Under the pieces are notes generated by a model. It was not told the DNA's origin and did not search any database. It saw only the letters and a list, made by a program, of their open reading frames with translations. A stretch of DNA of 64,000 nt from Lama glama. Lineage: Eukaryota. A program made the translations under genes and the position numbers. The first letter of the stretch is position 1. Each line of letters begins with the position of its first letter. This document shows positions 26,001 to 36,968 of this stretch, piece by piece. The stretch is taken from assembly GCA_028534125.1 (NCBI GenBank), contig CM052818.1, positions 43,526,001 through 43,590,000 of the forward strand. The letters are read 5' to 3'.

Positions 26001-27972
26001 GATGCTGCAAATACCTACGTACCAAGGCAAACTGCTGCTAACACAAATTAGGGAATTCTAAAAAGAAGGTGCTGACAAAGAGATCAAAAGATTGGAGTAC
26101 AGCTTGATCTGAAGAAGTTTCTAGAAGAAACCAACAACGAGGGGAATGACTAAGATTCTCTTTGTTTTCCTTTGCTTTTCTATCCTCTGAGAGTCTGATT
26201 TATTTTTTCTGCGTTCTCTTTTTGAGGACTGGGCTGTTGGGTGCCCTATACATAACCACCTACACAGTAACAAAAATTTTCTCTCTTTATTCCTTATTCT
26301 GGGAGAAAGGTCCTTGACTGCACTAGCTTGGCCAACATTCGACTTATAGTTTATCACCTGTGACTAGGGCTGGGGGCATCACTAAATTGTCCAAAATGGT
26401 ACAAAATGGCTGCCACCACTATAATTTCATGAATGGGAGAGGATTTAAAAAAAATGGGAAGACTTCAGAGCTCAAAGTTCTTGGTTGACCTCACAGCATC
26501 TTTATGGGTGTAGGTTTTATGTCTTTTCTGGCGCCCTCTGTACCTGATAACCAGGTATAAACTATATTCCCCTGGGATACTAACTCCTGTATTCTCCCAC
26601 TTGGCTCATATTTTGTAAAGTCATAAGCAATATAGATGAATGTTTGCTCCTAGTTGGGAAATTATTTTGTAATATTTAAAGCAATGAAAGAGGTAAAAGA
26701 ATGATGAGCTGGTTTAATTACTACAATAAGGTATTTTGAATATGTCTATTTAAACAAAATAATGGTGAAATATAAGGTTACATATGTGTTCATATGACTT
26801 GAGAAATATCATCTAGTCACTTCAAGCTTCCATTTATTTTTCTCTAAAATATTCATTAGGTAATAAACATTTATTTGATACTCTCTATGTAAAGTTGCTC
26901 AGGTGCTGACAAAAATATATCTTCCTGTTTACTTGATGGTGTTTTATGAGGATTAGAAAAAAAATTTTTTGTATATAAAGTACCTAAAAATGGAAGTGAT
27001 TACTATTAAACAAGATAATGCTTTTTAAAAGATTGTTGCAAATTCTAGAGCAATGGCTATGTTTGCAATGTATCTGTCAGGCTTTCTGGGAGATTGCTCA
27101 GCAAATCTGGGGCAATACCAGGGAGCCGTCTTGTGAAGTCTAAAGGCATTAGACAGAATCAGTTTTTCCTGCTGCCTTTGTTTTGAGCATGGTGATTTTA
27201 CCATCTATATCCTGAACCATGTTTTGTCTCTGCAAGACTCACTGGTGGTCACTGCTGTGTCAGTGCCCACAGGTCACCATCGACGCTTCCCTAGGGAAAA
27301 CCTGAGGAACGACAGGCAAAGCTTTGGGAGTTAGCCCACCCACAGTACAGAGTGGCCGGGACCCACTAGGTGTCCATCGCTAATGTGAAGCCACTGCATT
27401 TGTGTTCTTTTTTACCCTGAGGTCATTCTTTTTATAAATAACACTTGTTCTAACTTTGCAGTTCTTAGTCCCAAGAGATACCATCTGGATATTTTGGGGC
27501 CCAAAAAATATTCTGCATACCACTCCTGAGGATATTTTTCATTAAAAAATCTAATATTCTTAATCAATAAAATTAAACAGTTGGATTAAATATCAGAGCT
27601 TGCTCTCCTAAGCTGGAAAGCCCATGAAATTGCTTTAAACCTGGATGTCAGTGCTAACATCTAATAACATATTGCAAATGGTAATTAGAATGTAAGCAAA
27701 TTAGTAATACAAATCGAGTGAAAATGCTCTTCCCATTAATGAACCTTTTTTTCCCCCATTTTGCCTTATACCACAACTGCCCCATTTCACATTGACTGAT
27801 CGCTGCTTATTCTTTTAGACTCAAGCCAAAGGTCATACCCTATAGGAGACCTTCCCTGACTCCCTCCCATTAGAGATCTCTTCTTTACCTTATTATTTTT
27901 AACGCCTAACACAGTTCTTAGCACATGTAGGCAATTTAGAGATGTTAAGAAAATGAACTGGGTTTACAACAC

Positions 27973-28472
27973 TATGACAGGAAGAATATGCCCCCACTCC
28001 ACCAAAAGATGCCCACACCCCAATCCCCAGAACCTATGAATATGTAAGGTTACATGGCAAGGGGGAAATAAGATTGCATAAGGAATTAAGATTTCTCATT
28101 AGTTGATTTTGAAATGAGAGGGAGTATCCTTGGACCAGTGCGATCTCAAGGGTCTTATAGGTGAAAGAAGGAAGCAAGACAGTTGGTGTCAGAATGATGT
28201 AATATGAGAAAGACTTGACTGGCTGCTGCTGGCTTTGAAAATGGAGGGGGGCAGGAGCTAAGGAATGTGGAAAACTTCTGGAAGATGGAAAAAGCAAGGA
28301 ACAGATTGTCCTCTAAGCCTGCAGAGGGAGTGTACCCTCCCAACACATTGATTTTAGCCCAGTGAGATCCATTTCAGACTTCTGATTTCCAGAACCATTG
28401 AGATGATAAATTTGTGTTTTTATGCTCCAGTTTGTGGTAATTTGCTATCATAGTAAATAAGAAACTAACACA
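27973..28472 (+). mobile_element. MLT1D (MaLR) solo LTR
   Basis: aaagatgcccac...ccccagaacctatgaatatg...ttacatggcaaggg...gctggctttgaaaatggagg...gattttagcccagtgaga...gtttgtggtaatttg...aactaacaca. Confidence 0.92.
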
Positions 28473-28999
28473 GACATCATATTGTTTCCTTTCTTGTATA
28501 CAAATAGCTAAGTTTTCCATGTCTAACAATGACAAAGTTATGTTCAGGGTCTTTCAATATCAAAAGAAATATAACATAGTGAAAACACATTGAATCTAGA
28601 AATTAGATGGCTCTGGAATCCCAACCGAACATGAGGCATTTGTAACTTCAGGCAAATCAGTAAACTACTAGATATTTCCATCTATTTGATGGCGATAACA
28701 TACACTTCACAGAAGTACTGTGGAAATCTATAATGTATAAAAGTCATTGGCTCTCAGTGCTGGTACACAGAGAGAAACACAGTGGAGAAAATCCTTTTGC
28801 ATAGTGAATGCAATAAGACATAAGTACTAAGTGAATGGTGGGAATTCTGATGAGGTTTCTAGAGGATGTTAGGCCTGACCTTGGCCTTGCATGAAGGGGA
28901 TGGTTTACACACGTGAATACAGAAGGGAGAGGATTCCAGCCTGTGCCAAGGCTGTGTACAGTCTGAGGTAGCAGGGGACAGCCTAGCAGAGACGCAGGC

Positions 29000-29225
29000 G
29001 GTGCCGCCAGGTGTAAGTGTGGGCTCTGGAGCTAGGCTGCTTTGGTTTGAATTCTGGTTCAACCGTTTCCAGACCTTGGCAGCTTAGGGTCCCTATTTAA
29101 ACCCTTTATGCCTCTGTTTACTCAGCTGTAAAAGGAAAGGTAGCTCTGTAAATTTATTGGGGAAACATGTCTGAAGTACATGGCACAAAACATTTATAAT
29201 GTGCTCAATAAAATATTAGGTACTG
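29000..29225 (+). mobile_element. MIR SINE
   Basis: gtgtgggctctggagctaggctgctttggtttgaattctggttc...gcctctgtttactcagctgtaaaa...gtgctcaataaa. Confidence 0.8.
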
Positions 29226-29524
29226 TGAGTGTTACTTAAAGCATGTGGGTGGGGATGTGAATGCGGGAGAAGGTGTTCTGGGGTGAACTGGAGCAGAAGC
29301 CTCTGTAAGCTTGCAGAAAAGCATCTCCAATGGAGGAATTTCTGTACTTTTACAGGAGCGGGCAAGAGTTTTAATTTTGGAGCTCATGATCAGTGAGGAA
29401 GGAAATTATATTTTGCTGTTTTGTAGTTCATCAATTTATCCCCAGCCCTAGCAGGATGTCTTGTCCTCAGAGACATTCTTTACATACCTGATTGAATGCA
29501 CTTGTCTAAAATCCAGATTACCCC

Positions 29525-30024
29525 NNNNNNNNNNNNNNNNNNNNNNNNNNNNNNNNNNNNNNNNNNNNNNNNNNNNNNNNNNNNNNNNNNNNNNNNNNNN
29601 NNNNNNNNNNNNNNNNNNNNNNNNNNNNNNNNNNNNNNNNNNNNNNNNNNNNNNNNNNNNNNNNNNNNNNNNNNNNNNNNNNNNNNNNNNNNNNNNNNNN
29701 NNNNNNNNNNNNNNNNNNNNNNNNNNNNNNNNNNNNNNNNNNNNNNNNNNNNNNNNNNNNNNNNNNNNNNNNNNNNNNNNNNNNNNNNNNNNNNNNNNNN
29801 NNNNNNNNNNNNNNNNNNNNNNNNNNNNNNNNNNNNNNNNNNNNNNNNNNNNNNNNNNNNNNNNNNNNNNNNNNNNNNNNNNNNNNNNNNNNNNNNNNNN
29901 NNNNNNNNNNNNNNNNNNNNNNNNNNNNNNNNNNNNNNNNNNNNNNNNNNNNNNNNNNNNNNNNNNNNNNNNNNNNNNNNNNNNNNNNNNNNNNNNNNNN
30001 NNNNNNNNNNNNNNNNNNNNNNNN
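29525..30024. other. Assembly gap (500 N)
   Basis: Run of N; the round length suggests a placeholder size. Confidence 0.99.
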
Positions 30025-30308
30025 GTTGACAGTAAATTACGTACATTTCCTTAAAACTGATATCTAACGTTCTGGCAGATTTTTTTGAAGATTATCTTTT
30101 TCACAGAGAATATCTGAGCTGCTTTTCTGAAAATCCGTTAACCATATGTAAAGGTTTATTTCTGGATTCTCAATTCTGTTCTGTTGCTCTATATTCTTAT
30201 CATCATGCCAATACCACACTCTACGGATTACTTCAGCATCATAGTAAGTTTTGAAAGCAGATAGTATGAAGCCCTCTGGCTTTCTTTTTCAAAATAGTTT
30301 TGACTATT

Positions 30309-30683
30309 TAACAGATAATGTTATAAATTAATCAGAATAAATCAAACGACTAATTAACAAAATTAGAAATGAAAAGTTGGAAATAAAAACAAGGAATACA
30401 AATAAAATTGTAAGAAGCTAATTTATACAACTGTATGTAAAAACTTTTTTAAAATTTAGATTGAATCTATATGATTTTCTAGAAATATACAACTTTCCAA
30501 ACTTGGCTCTAATAGAGAAAAAATAAAACCCTAAATAAGACAATTTCCATAGCAAATGCAGAGGTGTTAAACGGAGGTCTCCTGTGTAAGAAAGCACCAG
30601 GTCCAGAGAGTTTATCTAACTTCTAGAGATGAAATCATTCAAATGATCTTAGATTACTGCAAACCACATAAAAATCAAGTAAA
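30309..30683. repeat. Inverted duplication, copy A (partner 32551-32925)
   Basis: The reverse complement of 32551-32925 aligns over 375 bp with about 7 differences by manual comparison. Confidence 0.97.
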
Positions 30684-30882
30684 TTTACAATTGCATGTAC
30701 ATTGTAGGTAAGTTTATGAGTTTCAACAAAAAGTCTGCTGGGATTTTGACAGACATCATATTGATTCTATAGATCAATTTAGGGGTGAATTGCCATCTTA
30801 CTAATATTGTCTTCCAGTCCATGAAAATGGCATTTCCGTTTGTTTGGAACTACTTTAACTTATCCTAGCCATGTTTTGTAGT

Positions 30883-31051
30883 CTTTTTTTTTTTACATTT
30901 TTTGTTGATTTGTAATCATTTTACAATGTTGTGTCAAATTCCAGTGTAGAGCACAATTTTTCAGTTATAAATGAACATATATATATTCATTGTCACATTT
31001 TTTTTCTCTGTGAGCTACCATAAGATCTTGGATATATTTCCCTGTGCTACA
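30883..31051 (-). mobile_element. Young camelid-like L1 3' end (5'-truncated)
   Basis: polyT followed by acatttttgttgatttgtaatcattttacaatgttgtgtcaaattccagtgtagagc; highly similar to 35677-35840 and to the reverse of 53905-53990. Confidence 0.9.
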
Positions 31052-31419
31052 TGTCTTGAAATTATTTTATTAAATATACTCTCAAGTATTCTATTTCTAA
31101 TGTTACAAAAATGTTCTTAGTTTCATATTTGAATGATCTGTTGCTAGTATATAGAAATTCAGCTGACTGTACTGTTCTTGTACCCTGTACCCTTGCTAAA
31201 ATACATTTTTAGTTTTAGCAGTTTTTATGTGGATTTTTTAGGATTTTCTATAAGATTATGTCATCAGAGATAAACACTGTTTTACTTCTTCCTTTCCTGG
31301 TGGGATGACTCTTCTAGGTTTTTTTTTTCTGATTGATTAATGAATTATGTGTCTTAATATGCTGGCTGTAACATAAAGTACAATACTGAGACAGTGAGCA
31401 GAAGTGAAGAGTGAGGACA

Positions 31420-31855
31420 TGTCACTCCATGGAGGAGGCTGTCACTGAGAGGATATGACTGCTCGTTGACCTGCAACCTGGACCTGGGCATTTAGAGGCT
31501 CCCTGCCTCCTCCCTTGTCCTTGGATTGTACATTCTGCTTACTCTTCCCTACTAGTAGCTGTCTCAAGGACGCAGCGTTGAGAGAGTCAGGTGTGGTTGA
31601 GACCATCTGGACTGAATACACGACTGAACCCAGTTAAGCCCTCTATATAAATTTTTACGATTCTGACACATGGGTTCGAAGATCTACTTGTCTTGTGACC
31701 AGCCAAAGCAAGCCTCATGTGAGTTCCCTTGCCTGTTAAACCTGCCTCCTACCAATCTAGCGTGTCCTGCCTCTCTTTAGGTCTTTCTTTGCCCTCTATG
31801 CATGGGGTACAGTTTTAGATTTCACCCCAGGAGCTCCCCAGGTTTCAAACCAACA
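31420..31855 (+). mobile_element. ERV1-type solo LTR
   Basis: TG...CA ends and a TATA-like ctctatataaa (about 31642). It splits the host L1 motif gaggaca|tccttg and is homologous to 50234-50664. Confidence 0.85.
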
Positions 31856-32419
31856 CTACATCCTTGGCTTGTTGCTTGTCTTAGGAGGAGAGCGTTTACA
31901 CTTTTACTATTCAGTTATGCTTTAAGCATAATTTGGGGAGGATGACCTTAGATTCTTAACTACTTAGAATACATGAACCACCATTTCAAGTGAAGAATTC
32001 TCCTATACATATTTGAAGCTGTGGAGATGGCAGTGTTTCCTTGTGTTTTTGTCAAAGGAAAATAAGTGAACTGAAAAAGCTGCTAGTATTTCAAAATTAG
32101 GTCAGAATTGATGGTTGATGGAGGCCTCATGAATTGTTCATGTCAAAAGCTTCATTTAGCGTTTATATGATTTCTTTAACTTTATTATAATGACCAAGTA
32201 TGTTAATGTATGTCTTAATATAGAAACTCCTTTGCATAGCTGGGGAAAAAAACCCACACACACAATTGCTTTTGATGTAGTGTTTAATCTCCTTTGCATT
32301 CTATTTTCATCATTTCAATAATATACAGGAAGTCATTACATTTCACAGTATCTCAGAAATCTCAACCATCAGAGGAGTGTGCAACGTTCTACTACTGGTT
32401 AACATGGTACCACGTAAAA

Positions 32420-34600
32420 GGCATGACTGTGCTTTGTGTTACATCCATCAATAATCATAAGAGAAACGTGACCTGATTTTCTAATTTTTTATATAGTCTC
32501 ATCATTTTAGAAACAATCTATTTCTTATCAGAAAAACTTTACATTTTAATTTTACTTGATTTTTATGTGGTTTGCAGTAATCTAAGATCATTTGAATGAT
32601 GTCATCTCTAGAAGTTAGATAAACTCTCTGGACCTGGTGCTTTCTTACACAGGAGACCTCCGTTTAACACCTCTGCATTTGCTATGGAAATTGTCTTATT
32701 TAGGGTTTTATTATTTTCTCTATTAGAGCCAAGTTTGGAAAGTTGTATATTTCTAGAAAACCATATAGATTCAATCTAAATTTAAAAAAGTTTTTACATA
32801 CAGTTGTGTAAATTAGCTTCTTACAATTTTATTTGTATTCCTTGTTTTTATTTCCAACTTTTCATTTCTAATTTTGTTAATTAGTCGTTTGATTTATCCT
32901 GATTAATTTATAACATTATCTATTATTCAGTGAATCAGATTTTTAATTATAAGTTCTTCAGGTTTTCTTTTCTAGCACATTAATTTCTGCTTTTTCCATA
33001 TCTAACTTTTCTGCTGTCTTTGGTTTATTCTTTCTTCTCACTATTAATTTATTGATTTTTTTCATATTTATTGATATAGGAAAATCATAAAAATTTCCTC
33101 TGCTATAAAATAAATCTAGTGCATAGATTCTGATATGTTAGTTTTCATTACCTCTTTTTAAGGTTCTATAACTTGTTTTTCATTTCTCCTTTGACCAAAG
33201 AGTGATTACAGTTGTTTTAATATCAGTAAGTTGAATTGTTCAAATTTTTCCATTAGTTTCTAATTTTGTGTCATTGTTCTTAGAGACTTTTGTTTCTTAG
33301 GAATGTGTCAAGTGTCTTCTAATGCCCACATATGGCCAGTTTTATAAATACACGATTTTCATTTGAAATGAATGTGTGTGTCTATATGTGTGTTTGATTT
33401 TCCTTTGTATTTCATTTCTGGCGCTTCTTTTTCTTCCTTATGAATGTTTTTGCTGTGTTATTGTGGATATAGTCATACATGACTGATACGTTTTCACTGT
33501 GTATTAAAGCTATCAGCATTACAAAGTGAGCTTCTTGAATCTATTATGATTTTCTTCCAAAAGTTACCTGGTTTAATATTAATACTGTATTTCCTATTCT
33601 CCTTCTGTTTACATTTTCCTAATATGCCTTTTTCCACTCTCTTATTTTTAACTCTTCTGAATTTCTTTTTTTAGGTTTTGTCTCTCATGTTAACCATAGT
33701 GTGAGTTACTCTCATTTAATTATTTTTTATGTTATCAATATGTTTGGGTTCAGTCTTCTTGTGGATTTTTGTTGACACATCCCTTTCTATTTCATTCTCT
33801 TACATTCTTTTTAGCATTTAAGTGTATGCTTTTGTTTGAATGTTCAAATCTGTATGCTTATTTTCTTACATACACTGTCTCCCTTGTCCCCCAGTTTTGG
33901 GTATTATGTACCAGTTCCCTACTGCTCCCTAGGGTGAGCCTAACAGATCACCCCATCTTTGCCCTTTTTTCCCTTCCTCCATCATAGAATTTGAATTAAA
34001 AATCTTTTATACTCAAAGTTTGACTCCACCTGCATCGTGAGGCATATATAACTTATATATATCTTCTCCTTTATAACTTGATTTTGTCTTAGTCTACTAA
34101 GAAAATATGTACTTACTATGCATGACTCAGTCCTTATTGTGATGTCTCCCTGGTTCTGGTTATCTGAAGCTTGCTCTCTTCTAGATATTTCTTTTCTCCC
34201 CCAACCCCCACCCTTGTCTGTTGGTCTTCTTTCTTTTCTTTGCAACCTAAAAATCAAACTAACCCCAGTAATAATGTCTTGTATCTTGTACATGAATTTT
34301 TATTGAGGGAAAATCTACTAGAATGGGAATGTGTTGTCCATGTATTTCAGTGTGTGACATCATCACTCTTGGGTGTTCACCCCCCCTTTGCTTTATCCAT
34401 TGGAGCATGTCGTTTGAGGTCTTTACAGCACTTCCACTTATTCTTGCTCACTCTCTCCACCCGGCTTCCCTCCTTTGCATTTCTCTGCAGGGTTTAGCTA
34501 AGTGTCACTGCAGTTGCAACAATCTAAGCCTTCTGGATGCTTGGATATTTCCGTCTATGCAGGTGATTGCCCTTTTTGGTTGACTGCTGCTGTTGTATAT
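32420..34600 (-). mobile_element. Very old L1ME/HAL1-like fragments (antisense)
   Basis: T-rich sequence with L1 ORF2 antisense motifs (ctctggacctggtgctttc, attaatttctgct, tctttgaccaaagagtg, gccttttccactctcttattttaac). Confidence 0.65.
32551..32925. repeat. Inverted duplication, copy B (probable donor; partner 30309-30683)
   Basis: Collinear with the surrounding old L1 sequence, unlike copy A. Confidence 0.97.
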
Positions 34601-34634
34601 TTTTGTCTTCCTCTCCATCAAAAATTAGTTTTTT

Positions 34635-34985
34635 GAAAGAGACTCATAGACATAGAAAACAAATTAATGGTTACCAGTGGGGAGAAGCGGATAGGGAGGA
34701 ATGAATTGGGAGTTTGGGAATGGCAGATACAAACTACTACATACAGAATAGATAAACAGCAGGGTCCTACTGGATAGCACAGGGAACTATATTCAATGGC
34801 TTGTAGTGACCTGTAATGAAAAACAACTATGAAAAAGGATATATATATATACACACACATATATATATGATACATATTTTATATATATATATATATAAAT
34901 AACTGAATCGCTATGCTGTACACCAGAAATGAATACATCATTGTAAATCAAGTATACTTTAATTTTAAAAAATAGTAAAAAAAGA
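34635..34985 (+). mobile_element. Cetartiodactyl-type L1 3' end with internal (TA)/(CA) repeats
   Basis: agactcatagacatagaaaacaaa...atagcacagggaactatattcaat...ataactgaatcgctatgctgtacaccagaaa and an A tail. Flanks aaaattagtt and aaggttagtt are TSD-like. Confidence 0.9.
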
Positions 34986-35676
34986 AAGGTTAGTTGCTCA
35001 TATTGTGAATTCTTCAAGAAAAATGTTGTATGCAGCCTACTTTACCATTTCAGCTGAAAGTTCAGTTCACCTTGATCATACAAATCTTGCTTCCATGTTT
35101 GTATTGAGAGTATCTCCTCTATGGTTTGATTTATGCACCTAAAAATCGCATTTTTACATTGCCTATTAAGAGATGGAAGCAATGAAAGAGATCTACATGA
35201 GTTTTTAAAGTCAGGAATGCCTTGTTCATATTTCTATTCTGAGGGAGCAACACAGTGTTAATCATTTAATAAACTGTAGAAATGTCTTAAACTATCCCTA
35301 CCATATTTAGAGAAAATGACCCATTTGTGGAGATGATTGTATCCCAATATGGGACTAAAGAAGCACGGATATTTTTGAGGAACAACATATGGGTAGGAGA
35401 TGAAAAGTCACAAATACTAAAGGGTCTCCCTTTATAGTTATACTATAGTGTGGAAAAGACAATCTATTTGATGAGTAAGAGACAAGACAAATCAACAGTA
35501 ATTGGGAGAATATCGCAAAGAAAGTCAACATTCAAGGAGCTAATAAATCACAGATTTAGCCAAATTTCCTAATACTTTAATAGTAGACTGATGCTCTATC
35601 AAATCAAATAATATTAATAAGACATTTTCACTAAATCTGAAAAATATATACAAGTAGTAACAATGAATCATTTGAC

Positions 35677-36968
35677 ATTTTTTAGACATTTTTATTGATT
35701 TATAAATCATTTTACAATGTTGTGTCAAATTCCAATGTAGAGCCCAATTTTTCAGTTATACATGAACATATATATATATTCATTGTCACTTTTTTTTTGC
35801 TGTGAGCTACCATAAGATCTTGTATATATTTCCCTGTTCTATACAGTATAATCTTATTTATCTATTCTGCATTTTGAAATCCCAGTCTATCCCTTCCCAC
35901 CCCTGCCCCCTTGTCAACCACAAGTTTGTATTCTATGTGAGTCTGTTTCTGTTTTGTAGTTATGTTTTGTTTGTTTGCTTGTTTGTTTGTTTTTTAGATT
36001 CCACATATGAGCAATCTCATATGGTATTTTTCTTTATCTTTCTGGCTTACTTCACTTAGAATGACGTTCTCAAAGAGCATCCATGTTGCTGCAAATGGCG
36101 TTATGTTGTCGGGTTTTATGGCTGAGTAGTATTCCATTGTATAAATATACCACAGCTTCTTTATCCAGTCATCTGATGATGGACATTTAGGCTGTTTCCA
36201 TGTCTTGGCTATTGTAAATAGTGCTGCTATGAACATCGGGGTGCAAGTGTCATCCTGAAGTAGGGTTCCTCCTGGATATATGCCCAGGAGCAGGATTCCT
36301 GGGTCATATGGTAAGTCTATTCCTAGTCTTTTGAGGAATCTCAGAAGCCACTGTTTTCCACAGTGGCTGCACCAAACTGCATTCCCACCAGCAGTGTAGG
36401 AGGGTTCCTTTTTCTCCACAGCCTCTCCAGCATTTGTCATTTGTGGATTTTTGAATGACGGCCATTCTGACTGGTGTGAGGTGATACCTCATTGTAGTTT
36501 TGATTTGCATTTCTGTGATAATTAGTGATATTGAGCATTTTTTCATGTGCCTATTGATCATTTGTATGTCTTCCTTGGAGAATTGCTTGTTTAGGTCTTC
36601 TGCCCATTTTTGGATTGAGTTGTTTGTGTTTTTCTTATTAAGTCATATGAGCTGCTTATATTTTCTGGAGATCAAGCCTTTGTCGGTCTCAATTGCAAAA
36701 ATTTTCTCCCATTCCGTTGGTCGTCTTTTTTGTTTTACTTCTGGTTTCCTTTGCTGTGCAGAAGCTTATAAGTTTCATTAGGTCCCATTTGTTTATTCTT
36801 GCTTTTATTTCTATTGCTTGAGTAGACTGTTCTAGGAGAACATTTTTGAGATGTATGTCAGATAATGTTTTGCCTATATTTTCTTCTAGGAGGTTTACTG
36901 TATCTTGTCTTATGTTTAAGTCTTTGATCCATCTTGAGTTGATTTTTGTGTATGGTGTAAGGGAGTGT
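35677..36968 (-). mobile_element. Young 5'-truncated L1 (camelid-like) with target-site duplication
   Basis: ORFs 36304-36561 and 35994-36440 encode the L1 ORF2p C-terminus ([17 protein letters not shown]..., YDP.I.LLGIYP, CTPMFIAALFTIAKTWKQPKCPS, WYIYTMEYYSAIK). TSD tcatttgac at 35668-35676 and 36969-36977. Confidence 0.97.
35994..36561 (-). pseudogene. Frameshifted L1 ORF2p C-terminal (cysteine-rich) region
   Basis: Two overlapping reading frames together give a recognisable ORF2p C-terminus. The endonuclease and RT domains are absent. Confidence 0.9.

Larger units (their letters stand above)
30130..31940 (-). mobile_element. Old L1 ORF2 fragment (antisense) interrupted by three later insertions
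   Basis: ggtttatttctggattctcaattctgttc...gctgggattttga...tagatcaatttagggg...tgttgctagtatatagaaatt...ttttacttcttcctttcc...tccttggcttgtt. Confidence 0.85.

Noticed and set aside
26525..26550. Partial CTCF-like motif (tggcgccctctg); similar partial matches at about 21300 and 27362
   Set aside because: Only half of the consensus matches.
29461..30054. Three long ORFs of 177-197 aa
   Set aside because: They consist almost entirely of X from the N gap.
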